64,000 bases of DNA, taken from contig JAZULJ010000018.1 of the NCBI GenBank assembly GCA_045603045.1, positions 1,067 through 65,066 on the forward strand, read 5' to 3'. Shown here one piece after another: positions 38,414 to 48,622 of the stretch. The notes under the pieces are model-generated. The model searched no databases and was not told the origin of the DNA. It saw only the letters and a program-made list of their open reading frames with translations. Position 1 is the first letter of the stretch, and the number at the start of each line of letters is the position of its first letter. Position numbers and translations under genes: made by a program. Origin of the DNA: Alistipes sp. Its GTDB lineage: Bacteria; Bacteroidota; Bacteroidia; Bacteroidales; Rikenellaceae.

Positions 38414-38905
38414 CTACAAGTAGTAGGGAAGATAGTCATAGTCCTCGACATCGACAGCCGAGCGTAGCAGCGAGCCATCCTCCGCGTAGTCGAGGTAGAT
38501 GTCTGCCAAGTAGCCATTCACAACCACAGTAGCCTCGATAAAGTAGATTGTATCGGCATTGTTACGCTCCACGCGCTTGACATCATCGACAGGCGTCTGC
38601 TTGCCGTAGCTACTCTCGAAGGCCTCGCGCACAGCCGTAGGCAGGTCATTGTAGTTGATGTCGAACTCCGTGAGCACCCACTCGCCATCGAGTGTGTACC
38701 ATGCCTCGCAGCCGCCAGGGTTGCTCGGAATACGGAAATCTACGACGGCATAGCCACGCTCCTTCTCCCACTCCACATCCACGGCACCGGGGTACTGCTC
38801 GTTGAAGGTATTGCGTAGCGACTGGGGGGCGTCGTAGTGGTCGTTGCAACCTATGGACACAAGGGCCACAAGAGCGACAATTACTGTTAAAATACTCTTT
38901 TTCAT
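38414..38905 (-). CDS. PepSY-like domain lipoprotein
   Basis: Lipobox SIG-C; YPGAVDVEWEKE, AWYTLDGEWV and DLPTAV motifs. Confidence 0.85.
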   Translation of the reverse strand: MKKSILTVIVALVALVSIGCNDHYDAPQSLRNTFNEQYPGAVDVEWEKERGYAVVDFRIPSNPGGCEAWYTLDGEWVLTEFDINYNDLPTAVREAFESSYGKQTPVDDVKRVERNNADTIYFIEATVVVNGYLADIYLDYAEDGSLLRSAVDVEDYDYLPYYL

Positions 38906-39018
38906 AACTAACTCATTTTTATTAACTAACCATCTGGAAATTATCCCTTTCGGGTATATGTATTCTCACACTATCTGATAGTTACCGTGCTAATTCTCGA
39001 TGGACACACCTTCATCGA

Positions 39019-39471
39019 TTAGTCATCAATATCGACCAACTTACCGGCCTTATTGAACGTCAGTTCGAGGCCGCCCGTAAGCTTCACCTCGCAGCCGCCA
39101 TGCTCGCGTCGAAGCTCCATGATGCTTCTCTCAGGGTAGTTTATCTTGACATAGTCGGCAACAGCCTTGGGCACGAGCTGCGCGGGTACTGCGGCATAGC
39201 GGCAGTCAACCTCGGTCCATGCTCCGGAGTTGTCGAACTCAACCTTCGTGCCACTCACGAAGACAACCTTATACTCATTGCCCATAAACTCCTTATCCTC
39301 AATGACGTGCGATATCTTCTCGTCGGTAAAGTGCTCCTTAACGAAACTCTGCGCCTGAGTAGGCAGCTCATCGAACTTAATGGGACGCTCGTCGTGGCAG
39401 ATGCATGCTGCGGTAGCCATGGCTGCTACAACCGTAAGAAAAAGTGCCGATAAAACAAAAATCTTTCTCAT
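39019..39471 (-). CDS. PepSY-like domain secreted protein
   Basis: ELPTQAQSFVKEHF, KVEFDNSGAW and LTFNKAG repeats. Confidence 0.9.
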   Translation of the reverse strand: MRKIFVLSALFLTVVAAMATAACICHDERPIKFDELPTQAQSFVKEHFTDEKISHVIEDKEFMGNEYKVVFVSGTKVEFDNSGAWTEVDCRYAAVPAQLVPKAVADYVKINYPERSIMELRREHGGCEVKLTGGLELTFNKAGKLVDIDD

Positions 39472-39560
39472 AACATTATAATTTTATAGTTTAACTTACC
39501 TCGTTTTCGGATAGGTACGCATACGTTTACGACCTATCACCACTGCAAAGGTCGTACACA

Positions 39561-39581
39561 AATTTGAAATGAATTTGAAAT
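39561..39581 (-). promoter_or_regulatory. Candidate OmpR-family regulator binding site
   Basis: Perfect 10-bp direct repeat AATTTGAAAT at an 11-bp period upstream of the PepSY operon; weaker copy at 41632-41651. Confidence 0.6.
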
Positions 39582-39654
39582 TTTACGCTTCAGCGCGATT
39601 TTTTTTGATTTTTATAGAGAAGCGAATTACGCGCCAACCCCGATATGGCACCAC

Positions 39655-40932
39655 CTACCTTTTGAGAAAGGTTACCGAAAAGCGATGCTCGCCCTCGCGA
39701 TAGTCATATACCACATCGTAGCCATAGTGGGTGCAAATAGACTTAACGATGGAGAGTCCAAGACCCGTGGAGCCGGCACGCGTAGTGCGTGTATAGAAGC
39801 GGTCAAAGACCGAGGCAGCATCTAACGGTTCAGTGCCTTTATTGGCGATAACCATAGTGTTGTTGCCGAGTGTAAGACGTATGACACTGTTCTCGGGGGC
39901 GTGGATATATCCGTTTTTGAGCAGGTTGGAGAGCAACATGCGCAACATAGACTCGTTGATATCGAGCGACAGCGACCTCACACCCTCGACCTCGGCATGT
40001 ACCCTACGCTCGCCATAAATATCATTGAGGTTGTCTATGACCTCGCCGATGATGGGTACTATGTCGAGATGTTCGCTCTCACCCACCTGACCGCTATCTA
40101 TGCGTGCGAGGGTTAAAAGCGTGCGGTTGAGACGCACGCTGTGGCGCAGCGTCTGCTTAATCATCATGAGTTCAGCGAGTTGCTCCTCCGTGGGCGAGGT
40201 GTGGTCTATAAGGTAATCTATACGATTACCAACCACCGCCAAGGGTGTCTGCAACTCGTGCGAGGCGTTACCCAAGAACTCCTTCTGCTGTGCAAGAAGC
40301 GCCTCGGAGCGGCTAACGGCGCTCTCTGCAGCCTCCGAGAGGGCTCTGAACTCAACAATGCGACCACCGCAGGGCACGGATGCACCTCTCTGTCCGGGGG
40401 TATAGCCATCGAGCCACTTTAATAGGGCGTAGAGGGGTTGTAGGGCACGACGTACCGTGAACATCGAGACGACGACGATGACAAGCAGCAAAGCCCCAAA
40501 GAGGAAGATAGACCAATAGAGAATCGTTTCGCGCAAATCTTCCTTCTCGAAGGTGGGCGTGGCAACCTCCAAGCGTAGGTGGCGACCCTCGCTATCAACA
40601 AAGAGTTTGCTCAATACGCGTGCCGGCTCCGTCTCGCCCTTCTCCGGGATATATACCTCGCGGTCGAAGTATTGAGGACCATGATATGCCATAGCCTCTT
40701 GCTCATCTATGGGGGTGATGGTGTAGCTATTATTTGAGCCGTTATTAAGCAACGGCAGGGGGCGACCCTCTCTGCAACGACGTATGATAAGCTCGGCGTA
40801 GTCGTCGAGTGAGTCATCTGCCTCGTCGTTAATCTCACCCACCATGGCATAGTAGAAGAGCGTACCCCAGAGCATTATGATGGGGAGCAGTGCGGCAGCG
40901 AGCCAGAGGGCTATGCGGTAGATGAGTTTCAT
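39655..40932 (-). CDS. Sensor histidine kinase
   Basis: Two TM segments, NASHELQTPL H-box, LLKNG N-box, STGLGL G-box. Confidence 0.93.
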   Translation of the reverse strand: MKLIYRIALWLAAALLPIIMLWGTLFYYAMVGEINDEADDSLDDYAELIIRRCREGRPLPLLNNGSNNSYTITPIDEQEAMAYHGPQYFDREVYIPEKGETEPARVLSKLFVDSEGRHLRLEVATPTFEKEDLRETILYWSIFLFGALLLVIVVVSMFTVRRALQPLYALLKWLDGYTPGQRGASVPCGGRIVEFRALSEAAESAVSRSEALLAQQKEFLGNASHELQTPLAVVGNRIDYLIDHTSPTEEQLAELMMIKQTLRHSVRLNRTLLTLARIDSGQVGESEHLDIVPIIGEVIDNLNDIYGERRVHAEVEGVRSLSLDINESMLRMLLSNLLKNGYIHAPENSVIRLTLGNNTMVIANKGTEPLDAASVFDRFYTRTTRAGSTGLGLSIVKSICTHYGYDVVYDYREGEHRFSVTFLKR

Positions 40933-40934
40933 GG

Positions 40935-41612
40935 TTACGATAGTGTGAGTTTATATCCGAAACCATATACCGAACGTATCTCGATGGTGGCATTTGCCTC
41001 TTCGAGACGTCGGCGCAGGTTCTTAATCTGTGCATAGACGAAGTGGAAGTTATCGGCTTCGTCTGCGAAGTCGCCCCACACAGCCTCAGCGAGTGTTACC
41101 TTGTCGATGATATGGTCGGGGCGTTGCATAAAATATAGAAGGATGTCAAACTCCTTTTTCAGCAGTTCGATGCCCTCGCCACCAATTGCTACGCGGCGCG
41201 AGGAGGGGTCAAGGGTTACGTTGCCCAGCTCTATGCTGAGGCTGCCACCACTGCGGCCGCGGCGTAATACGCTACGCACACGTGCCACAAGCTCGGTCAT
41301 GTGAAAGGGCTTGGAGAGGTAGTCATCGGCACCGAGCTCTAAGCCTGCAACGCGGTCGTCAACAGCATCACGTGCCGAGATGATGATGACATTCTCGCGG
41401 CGTCCCTCGCGGCGCAAGCGCTCTAAGAGGTCGAGTCCCGAGCCTCCGGGGAGCATGATATCAAGGAGTATGCAGTCGTAGTTGTAGCCCACAATCTTCG
41501 TCTCCGCAGAGAGAAAGTCCGAGGCACTCTCGACAACATACCCTTCGCCACGCATCTCACGCTCTATGAGCTCCCGCAACGAGGGCTCATCCTCAACAAT
41601 CAGTATCTTCAT
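40935..41612 (-). CDS. OmpR/PhoB family response regulator
   Basis: IVEDE, LDIMLP, GADDYLSKPF and a winged-helix tail (YGFGYKL); start trimmed to MKILI. Confidence 0.95.
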   Translation of the reverse strand: MKILIVEDEPSLRELIEREMRGEGYVVESASDFLSAETKIVGYNYDCILLDIMLPGGSGLDLLERLRREGRRENVIIISARDAVDDRVAGLELGADDYLSKPFHMTELVARVRSVLRRGRSGGSLSIELGNVTLDPSSRRVAIGGEGIELLKKEFDILLYFMQRPDHIIDKVTLAEAVWGDFADEADNFHFVYAQIKNLRRRLEEANATIEIRSVYGFGYKLTLS

Positions 41613-41700
41613 ACCCCAAAGATACAAAAGGATTTTGAAACAGAATTAAAATCTGCTGCAAAATCCTTCTGAAAATCAAAATATCGCACCGTATGCTATG

Positions 41701-41958
41701 TTATTGCAGTTCAATGGCTACTGCCTCAGCCTCCTCCTCAACGGCAGGTGGGGTCTCTACTTCGTTGATGAGTTGTAGTTCGACCTCGGCAACTTCGCCA
41801 CCGCCATTCTCTATCACTTCGTCCGTCGCGCTATCGGCGCTATTAGCGCTATTAGCGCCACAGATTATCGAACGATAGTTGCCCCAATTCATTATGGCAA
41901 AGACTACAATGGCGAGGGTGGCGAGGGTGAAAAGTGTGCCTATAATTCTCTTTATCAT
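41701..41958 (-). CDS. Small membrane-anchored acidic hypothetical protein
   Basis: N-terminal TM helix and Glu-rich tail; directly downstream of the S41 peptidase. Confidence 0.6.
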   Translation of the reverse strand: MIKRIIGTLFTLATLAIVVFAIMNWGNYRSIICGANSANSADSATDEVIENGGGEVAEVELQLINEVETPPAVEEEAEAVAIELQ

Positions 41959-41970
41959 ATTGTCGTTCTG

Positions 41971-43677
41971 TTATTTAAGCAATTCTCGTTTTAACTCCTC
42001 CACGGCACGCTGCATGGTCTTATCCGCAGGGTAAATATTGTAGTAGAAACCCGACTCATCGTTCAGCGCATTGCGGCCTATATAAGCGCGTATCTGCGCG
42101 AGGATGATATCGCGCGACTCACCCAACTCGCGGTAGTTAGTCTTAATGCCATGTCTCTCGGCATATTTTCTAAACTCGCTCATCAGGTCGTGCGCAGAGA
42201 GCAGGCTATCGAGTTCGCGGAGACTCGTGATGGCATCCATGGTACTGCGGTTACGGTCGGTGAAGTCGAGCGTGAAGCGGTATAATACATTTGTTTCCCA
42301 AACCTTTGTATAGTAGTCGGTTATACCTGTGGTATCTGCCGGTACGAAGATATCGGGCATGATGCCGCCACCACCATATACTGTGCGTCCCGCGGGTGTA
42401 GTGTAACGCAACGAGTCGGCAAAGTGTATGGAGTCGGCCGAGAAATACTCGTTATTCATGTAACGGTCAATAAGCTCCATGTGATATGCCATGCCGTCCC
42501 CTCGCGTATAGGGCTTCTGTATCGAACGTCCTGTGGGCGTGTAGTAGCGTGCTACGGTGAGACGTATTGCCGAGCCATCAGCAAAGGGTAACTGCGTCTG
42601 CACCAAGCCCTTACCGAAAGTGCGACGACCAATCACCAAGCCTCGGTCGTTATCCTGCACCGCGCCTGCCAAAATCTCACTCGACGAAGCGCTTCCTTCA
42701 TCGACAAGTATAGCGATAGCGATATCCGTAGAGTGTCCGCGTCCCGAGCTGAACTGCTGTTGGCGGTTGCCATCGCGGTCCTCGGTATATACAATGAGTC
42801 GGTTTGCGGGCAGCAACTCGTCAGCGATGAGTATCGCCTGGTCGAGGAAACCTCCTGTATTGCCACGCAAATCGATGATGAGCGCCTTGGCACCCTCAGC
42901 ACGCAGCCTATCGATAGCCTCGCGCATCTCGGCATGTGATGTGCGCGAGAACTGCGAGAGACGTACGAAGCCTATCTTGGCCTCGTCATCGAGCATGAAG
43001 CTGGTCTCGATACTATGCAGTTCAATGGGGGCGCGAGTAACATCGATATCGACGAGCTCAGCGATACCATGACGCTGCACCGAGAGCTTCACTTGTGAGC
43101 CGCGGGGACCACGCATGAGTTTCATCATCGAGTCTTGCGGTATCTTCTGTCCCGCCACGGGGCTATTGTCGATGCGTATGATGCGGTCGCCGGCGCGCAC
43201 TCCCGCCCTGTCGCTCGGACCCTGCGGGATGACGTTAAGGACGGTAATGGTGTCGGTGAGGGCATTAAAGACGATACCTATGCCGTCGAACTCGCCCTCC
43301 AACGACTCATTTACCCGATTAAAATATTTCGCGGGTATATACTCCGAGTGGGGGTCCAACTCCGCGAGGAGCTTCGGGATGACAATCTCATATATCGAGT
43401 CGATATCTATCTTATCGACATACATCGTGCGAATGCTTGCCACGGTCTGCATCAGCTTGTCGCTATTTGCGAGGTAGTGCTCCAAGGCCATGAGTTCGGC
43501 AGCAAACTGCTCGGTGGTAATCTCCGTGGTCGAGATACTATCGTTACGGTGCGCCTTGATGTACTCGCGCATGATACGTTGATCGTTGAGACGACCAAGG
43601 AACATGCCGACGCACATCATCAACAATATCAACGATATTGTGCCGAATATATATGTTTGCTTCTTACTCATACCCAA
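41971..43677 (-). CDS. S41 family carboxy-terminal processing protease
   Basis: LDPHS, PDZ (GIGI...GDRII), DLRGNTGG, SASSSEI and TFGKG. Confidence 0.93.
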   Translation of the reverse strand: MGMSKKQTYIFGTISLILLMMCVGMFLGRLNDQRIMREYIKAHRNDSISTTEITTEQFAAELMALEHYLANSDKLMQTVASIRTMYVDKIDIDSIYEIVIPKLLAELDPHSEYIPAKYFNRVNESLEGEFDGIGIVFNALTDTITVLNVIPQGPSDRAGVRAGDRIIRIDNSPVAGQKIPQDSMMKLMRGPRGSQVKLSVQRHGIAELVDIDVTRAPIELHSIETSFMLDDEAKIGFVRLSQFSRTSHAEMREAIDRLRAEGAKALIIDLRGNTGGFLDQAILIADELLPANRLIVYTEDRDGNRQQQFSSGRGHSTDIAIAILVDEGSASSSEILAGAVQDNDRGLVIGRRTFGKGLVQTQLPFADGSAIRLTVARYYTPTGRSIQKPYTRGDGMAYHMELIDRYMNNEYFSADSIHFADSLRYTTPAGRTVYGGGGIMPDIFVPADTTGITDYYTKVWETNVLYRFTLDFTDRNRSTMDAITSLRELDSLLSAHDLMSEFRKYAERHGIKTNYRELGESRDIILAQIRAYIGRNALNDESGFYYNIYPADKTMQRAVEELKRELLK

Positions 43678-43718
43678 GCGACAACAGTTTTTCTATGGGC
43701 CTTCGCTTACGAGAATTG

Positions 43719-44813
43719 TTACTTATTCTTAAAGGTATAGGTGAGACCTACCGACAACATAGACTGCAATTGGAGCTTGTTAACCTCGGCCTTATTGTAG
43801 TATAGCTGCACATATATCTGTGTCGAGATATACTTCGTAGCCTTGATATCGATGGTATTCTCCCAACGCACCGTGGGCACAATATGCTCGTATGCAGCCT
43901 TATCCTCGGCCTTAGCAAGCTTCGCGATGTCGGTAATCCAACCGTAGAACGAGTATGCCGTAGTGCGGTAGCGCAACCAACCGTTCTTGCCCCACGACTT
44001 GTCAAAGTCGAGCTGAACAGAGAGACCACCCTCATACTTCTGCTTCTGACCGAAGGGTACACCGTAAGCGGTATCGGCGATAACGACGTTGCCATCTGCA
44101 CCGATACTCTTATAAACTGCCAAGTCGGTAACGTATGTCGCGCTCATGGCGATAGGCGCGAGGTTAACCTTCAACGGGAAACGCTCCGAGGGGAGGATGT
44201 AGGTAAAACCGACCGAAGCATCCAGGTAGCCGGGCGTCATAAAGTTCGACATGCGGTAAGCACCCTTCTGCTGGTCGCCACGAGCGTTGTAACCGGGAGC
44301 AAACTGTGTACGGAACTTGACGTTGGCACCATACGACCAATTCTTAACCAAAGCCCACTGCGGCGATGTCGATATTGCTATCTCATCGACGTTCTTAAAC
44401 CAAACGCCCCGCTGTGCGCCATCCAGCTCCATGCGCATATTGTTGTAGCCGAACTTCGCCGATGCGGTGTTTGTCAACGTGAAGCGTCCCTTTTTATAGG
44501 TGTGCAGGAAGTTGACGCTGGCAAGCACGGTGATTGTGTTATCGCCGGCAGCCTGCCAATGTTTGTTGAAGGCGGTAAGTGAGCCGTGGAGGTTGGCCGA
44601 GAAATCAACCACATTGCGCTCTTTGCGTATCGCCATACGCTCGGCGCGACGCTTTGCCTCCGATACATAGTCGGCCTCGACAGCCTCGGCCTTGACCTCA
44701 TTATCGAATGTTGCCTCGCCCTTGGGTGTAACCTCATCGATAGAGACCTGAGCAGTAGCATCTGTCATGAAAACGAGCATGACAAGTGCCAAAATAGCGT
44801 AAAATTTCTTCAT
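43719..44813 (-). CDS. DUF3078 outer-membrane beta-barrel protein
   Basis: Signal peptide, W..GDN, KNVDEI, FRTQFAPGY, APIA and an alternating beta-strand C-terminus. Confidence 0.8.
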   Translation of the reverse strand: MKKFYAILALVMLVFMTDATAQVSIDEVTPKGEATFDNEVKAEAVEADYVSEAKRRAERMAIRKERNVVDFSANLHGSLTAFNKHWQAAGDNTITVLASVNFLHTYKKGRFTLTNTASAKFGYNNMRMELDGAQRGVWFKNVDEIAISTSPQWALVKNWSYGANVKFRTQFAPGYNARGDQQKGAYRMSNFMTPGYLDASVGFTYILPSERFPLKVNLAPIAMSATYVTDLAVYKSIGADGNVVIADTAYGVPFGQKQKYEGGLSVQLDFDKSWGKNGWLRYRTTAYSFYGWITDIAKLAKAEDKAAYEHIVPTVRWENTIDIKATKYISTQIYVQLYYNKAEVNKLQLQSMLSVGLTYTFKNK

Positions 44814-44917
44814 ACGTTATAGATTAGTTTATGTTGATTACTATTTACAGCACAAAGATAAATCTTTTTCTTAAAAATTACTATCTTTGTAACCATTAAT
44901 AGGAATAAGTTTGGTAT

Positions 44918-45763
44918 ATGAAATATTTTGGAGCACACGTTAGCGCATCGGGCGGCTTGGAAAATGCCGTGCGCAATGCGCAAGCCATAGGCGCCACAGC
45001 CTTAGCACTCTTCACGAAGAATCAGCGTCAATGGTCGGCACCACCTCTTACCGCACAGCAGATAGCAACCTTCAAGGCGGCCATGCAGGATGCCAACTTC
45101 ACAGCCTCGCAGATACTACCCCACGACAGCTATCTCATCAACCTCGGGCACCCCGACAAGGAGGGGCTCGACAAGTCGCGCGACGCCTTCTTTGAGGAGA
45201 TGGAGCGTTGCGAGCAGTTGGGTCTCGACCGCCTTAACTTCCACCCGGGCAGCCACTTGAAACGCATCTCAGAGGAGGAGTCATTGGAGCGCATTGCCGA
45301 GTCTATAAACATGGCTTTGCAGCGCACATCGACCGTAACAGCCGTCTTGGAGAATACCGCAGGTCAGGGTTCAAACCTCGGCTATCGCTTCGAGCAGTTG
45401 GCATACATCATCGAGCGCGTCGAGGATAAGAGCCGCGTGGGTGTCTGCATCGACACATGCCACGCCTTTGCTGCGGGCTACGACCTGCGCACTACGGAGG
45501 CGTGCGAGAGGACATTTGCCGAGTTCGAGCGCGTCATAGGTTTTAGGTATCTGCGCGGCATGCACCTAAACGACGCCATGCGCCCATTGGAGAGCCGCAT
45601 CGACCGACACTCGTCGCTCGGTAGCGGCGAGATAGGCGTTGACTGCTTCCGATATATTGCCACAGATGCGCGCTTCGATAATATACCCCTCATCCTCGAA
45701 ACGCCAGACGAGGCTCTGTGGAGCGAGGAGGTAGCTAAGTTAAAGACCTTCGCCGGCATGTAA
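44918..45763 (+). CDS. nfo: Endonuclease IV (deoxyribonuclease IV)
   Basis: [37 protein letters not shown] and ETP. Confidence 0.97.
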   Translation: MKYFGAHVSASGGLENAVRNAQAIGATALALFTKNQRQWSAPPLTAQQIATFKAAMQDANFTASQILPHDSYLINLGHPDKEGLDKSRDAFFEEMERCEQLGLDRLNFHPGSHLKRISEEESLERIAESINMALQRTSTVTAVLENTAGQGSNLGYRFEQLAYIIERVEDKSRVGVCIDTCHAFAAGYDLRTTEACERTFAEFERVIGFRYLRGMHLNDAMRPLESRIDRHSSLGSGEIGVDCFRYIATDARFDNIPLILETPDEALWSEEVAKLKTFAGM

Positions 45764-45774
45764 AATATCGAAAC

Positions 45775-46338
45775 ATGACACTTCTTGAACTTATGCTTAT
45801 AGGCGTTGTCCTGGCAATGGATGCCTTTACCGTATCCGTTGGCAAGGGTTTGTCGCTGCATCATCCTCGCCCCCGACACGCTCTTCTTGCCGGGCTATGG
45901 TTTGGTGGGTTTCAGGCACTTATGCCCCTCATTGGCTACTTCGCCGGCCACACCTTTGTAGAGACGGCACGTGGCGTTGACCACTGGATTGCCATGACAC
46001 TCTTGGTACTCATCGGAGTTAACATGATACGTGCGGCTATCAAGGGCGATGATGAGGCACAAAACAGCGACCTCGGAGTACGCACGATGTTCATTCTGGC
46101 CATAGCCACAAGCATCGACGCATTGGCCGTTGGTCTATCATTAGCCTTCATCGACGTAAACATTTGGCATGCAGTAGCCGTAATCGGCGTTGTTACGCTC
46201 CTGCTCTCGGCAGCAGGTATATATCTCGGCCACGGCATTGGCACACGTCTTGGCAACAAGGCGAGTATCGTAGGCGGTTTGGTGCTGATTATCATAGGCA
46301 TAAAAATCGTTATTGAGCACCTTACGGAGGGTATTTAA
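45775..46338 (+). CDS. mntP: Manganese efflux pump MntP
   Basis: LAMDAF, FQALMP, DHW and ATSIDAL. Confidence 0.93.
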   Translation: MTLLELMLIGVVLAMDAFTVSVGKGLSLHHPRPRHALLAGLWFGGFQALMPLIGYFAGHTFVETARGVDHWIAMTLLVLIGVNMIRAAIKGDDEAQNSDLGVRTMFILAIATSIDALAVGLSLAFIDVNIWHAVAVIGVVTLLLSAAGIYLGHGIGTRLGNKASIVGGLVLIIIGIKIVIEHLTEGI

Positions 46339-46356
46339 CATATATCACCGTAAAAA

Positions 46357-46389
46357 TTAGTGGTGGACTATCGTAAGAAGTCCACCACT
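46357..46389. terminator. Bidirectional terminator
   Basis: AGTGGTGGACT / AGTCCACCACT stem flanked by A- and T-tracts between convergent genes. Confidence 0.75.
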
Positions 46390-46655
46390 TTTTTAACTAT
46401 GCAACCGATGCGATAAGATAGCGCCTCGAAGGTTGCGCTCACCTCGTAGATGGTATTTAGCCTCCGTCGCCACTGTCGCACGATGCCGTGTAACGATATG
46501 GAGTAGATAATTGCGGCTATAAGTATATATGCAGCTCCCATAATCAGTAGCGAGAGCATCACATTGCCACTTATCGTTGTGAGCCATAGTACCCCTGCTA
46601 ACGAGAGAAGCATAAGCCCTACGATGAGGCACAACACGAAGAGAATCAGTATCAT
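46368..46655 (-). CDS. Two-TM membrane protein (holin-X/YqjE-like, typical partner of YtxH genes)
   Basis: Two hydrophobic helices directly downstream of the YtxH-like gene; the true start may be uncertain. Confidence 0.55.
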   Translation of the reverse strand: MILILFVLCLIVGLMLLSLAGVLWLTTISGNVMLSLLIMGAAYILIAAIIYSISLHGIVRQWRRRLNTIYEVSATFEALSYRIGCIVKKVVDFLR

Positions 46656-46670
46656 CGCTCGGCCACAAGG

Positions 46671-46856
46671 TTAATCTTCGCAATCGCAACAACACGTGTC
46701 GTTGTGGTGATGCATCTTCTCAGCCGCGTTGTTCACGGCATCACGAATCTTACCGCGCAGTTCCTTACCCGACTGAGGTGTTACGAGTGCAGTAATCATA
46801 GCTCCGACCATGGCGCCACCAAGAGCCGAGAGCAGACAGATAGTTGAATTTTTCAT
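46671..46856 (-). CDS. YtxH domain small protein
   Basis: GGAMVGAMITALVTPQSGKELRGKI motif. Confidence 0.85.
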   Translation of the reverse strand: MKNSTICLLSALGGAMVGAMITALVTPQSGKELRGKIRDAVNNAAEKMHHHNDTCCCDCED

Positions 46857-46947
46857 AATCGTAAATTTTTAGAAGTTGTACATCTCCGTCATGGACAAAA
46901 CCCACGCCAAAGTGGTGCGATAAGTAATTTTTTTGTATATTTGTACT

Positions 46948-47436
46948 ATGACTACCTCTTATTATACAGCCTCCTTCACGGGACATCGCAGCTACGCTCA
47001 TTCGGCCGATGAACTGCTTGCTAACACCGTCGCCACACTCTACGCAGAGGGTGTGCGCACCTTTCGTGTGGGCATGGCCGAGGGCTTCGACATGGCTGCT
47101 GCCGAGGCTGTCATATTGCTTATGGAGCAGCATGCAGACATCTCTCTGGAAGCCGTTGTGCCATGGCCGCGCTTCTGGGAACACATGGGTTTGTGTGATA
47201 GACGTCGCTATGAGACAATTCTGAGTGTCGCTACGAGGGTAACATACGCCGCCGAGAGATACTCCGAAGGGGTTTTTCGTCTGCGCAACTGTCTCCTCGT
47301 CGAGGGTACGGATGTCGTTGTAGCGTGGTGGAATGGGCAGTGTAGCGGCACGGAATATACCATACGACAAGCCCGCAAGCATCATGCTAAGATAATAAAT
47401 CTATACCTTTCAAAACAGCTCAATTTTGACTTCTAA
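46948..47436 (+). CDS. DUF1273/YpsA-like SLOG family protein
   Basis: FTGHR, GMAEGFD, RNCLLV and SGTEYT. Confidence 0.85.
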   Translation: MTTSYYTASFTGHRSYAHSADELLANTVATLYAEGVRTFRVGMAEGFDMAAAEAVILLMEQHADISLEAVVPWPRFWEHMGLCDRRRYETILSVATRVTYAAERYSEGVFRLRNCLLVEGTDVVVAWWNGQCSGTEYTIRQARKHHAKIINLYLSKQLNFDF

Positions 47437-47524
47437 GCGTGAGTCGAAGCGTTTTTAGGTATTTATACTAACCAGAAAATTTTAATAAACAACTAATTTT
47501 GCGCTATAAAAAATTTTAGAAAGT

Positions 47525-48604
47525 ATGAAAGTAAAACATCTTGTTTTGGTCATCGCAGCTATGGCCTTTACTACAACTATTTACGCTCAGAGCGAGGGTA
47601 TCTCAACACAGGATGAGGTGAAGGCCCTTCAAGAGCGTGTTGCAGAACTCGAAAAGCAAAAGACGGGAGATAAGATTAAATCTTTTGCCAAGGAGCACTT
47701 ATCGCTATCCGGCTATTTGCAGACCGGATTTGAGTGGAATGAGGCATCGGACCCGACAACCTCATTTTATATCAGGCGCGCCCGCGTGAGCCTCACAGGT
47801 AACTTCCTTCAAGAGAAGCTGGACTTCCGCCTCCAAGTCGATATGGCCGGTCAGCCTAAGATTTGCGACCTCTACATCCGCTACAAGCCTTTTAACGCGC
47901 TTAATGCGCAGCTCGGACAATTCAAGCTTCCGTTTGCCATGGAGAATGAGTTGTGCGGTCCCACATCGTTTGAGTTTATCGAGTACTCGTACCTCACGGT
48001 ATATCTCACCCGTAACAATAGTAAGTACGACGGCGTTCCAAGCGCAACAGGTCGTGGCATGGGCGCACAGCTCTATGGCGGTTTCATCAAGCGTGACGGA
48101 TACAGCATCCTCAACTACAACATTGGCATCTACAATGGCTCAGGCATTAACACCAAGGACAATAACTCGTCGAAGGATGCCATCGCACGCCTCATTGTCA
48201 AGCCTATCAAGGAGCTATCGTTGTCGGCATCGTACATGTATAGCGAGAGTAACAACAATGCTACGGAGTATATGAGTTCGCATCGCTGGTCGGTGGGTGC
48301 TTGGTACAACTCGCGCCACTGGGTTGCCCGCTCGGAGTTTGCACAGGCCGACTTTGGCGGCAACCTCACAAACGCATTTTACGTTTTGGGTGGCTACCAT
48401 TTCGATAAACCATGGTCGATAGCGGCACGCTATGAGTTTATCAATGATGAGCTTAACATCCTCGACGAAGATCGCATCACGCTCGGCGGCATTTACAAGC
48501 CCTATCACTTCTTGCGTTTGCAACTTAATGCCTCATATACGTTGAACCATAAGATGCAGCGCAACACTCCCGGAGTAAATCTCATGGTATCTGCGATATT
48601 CTAA
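47525..48604 (+). CDS. Phosphate-selective porin O/P-like outer-membrane protein
   Basis: Signal peptide, coiled segment, IRRARV, GQFKLPF, C-terminal Phe. Confidence 0.85.
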   Translation: MKVKHLVLVIAAMAFTTTIYAQSEGISTQDEVKALQERVAELEKQKTGDKIKSFAKEHLSLSGYLQTGFEWNEASDPTTSFYIRRARVSLTGNFLQEKLDFRLQVDMAGQPKICDLYIRYKPFNALNAQLGQFKLPFAMENELCGPTSFEFIEYSYLTVYLTRNNSKYDGVPSATGRGMGAQLYGGFIKRDGYSILNYNIGIYNGSGINTKDNNSSKDAIARLIVKPIKELSLSASYMYSESNNNATEYMSSHRWSVGAWYNSRHWVARSEFAQADFGGNLTNAFYVLGGYHFDKPWSIAARYEFINDELNILDEDRITLGGIYKPYHFLRLQLNASYTLNHKMQRNTPGVNLMVSAIF

Positions 48605-48622
48605 CAAAACTTAATATAGCGC

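Noticed and set aside
46368-46856. Prophage remnant suggested by a holin-like protein
   Set aside because: A YtxH gene plus a two-TM protein is a common chromosomal Bacteroidetes arrangement, and no phage genes are nearby.
46948-47436. SLOG-domain anti-phage system
   Set aside because: It is a stand-alone YpsA-like gene with no effector (TIR, SIR2, nuclease) neighbour.
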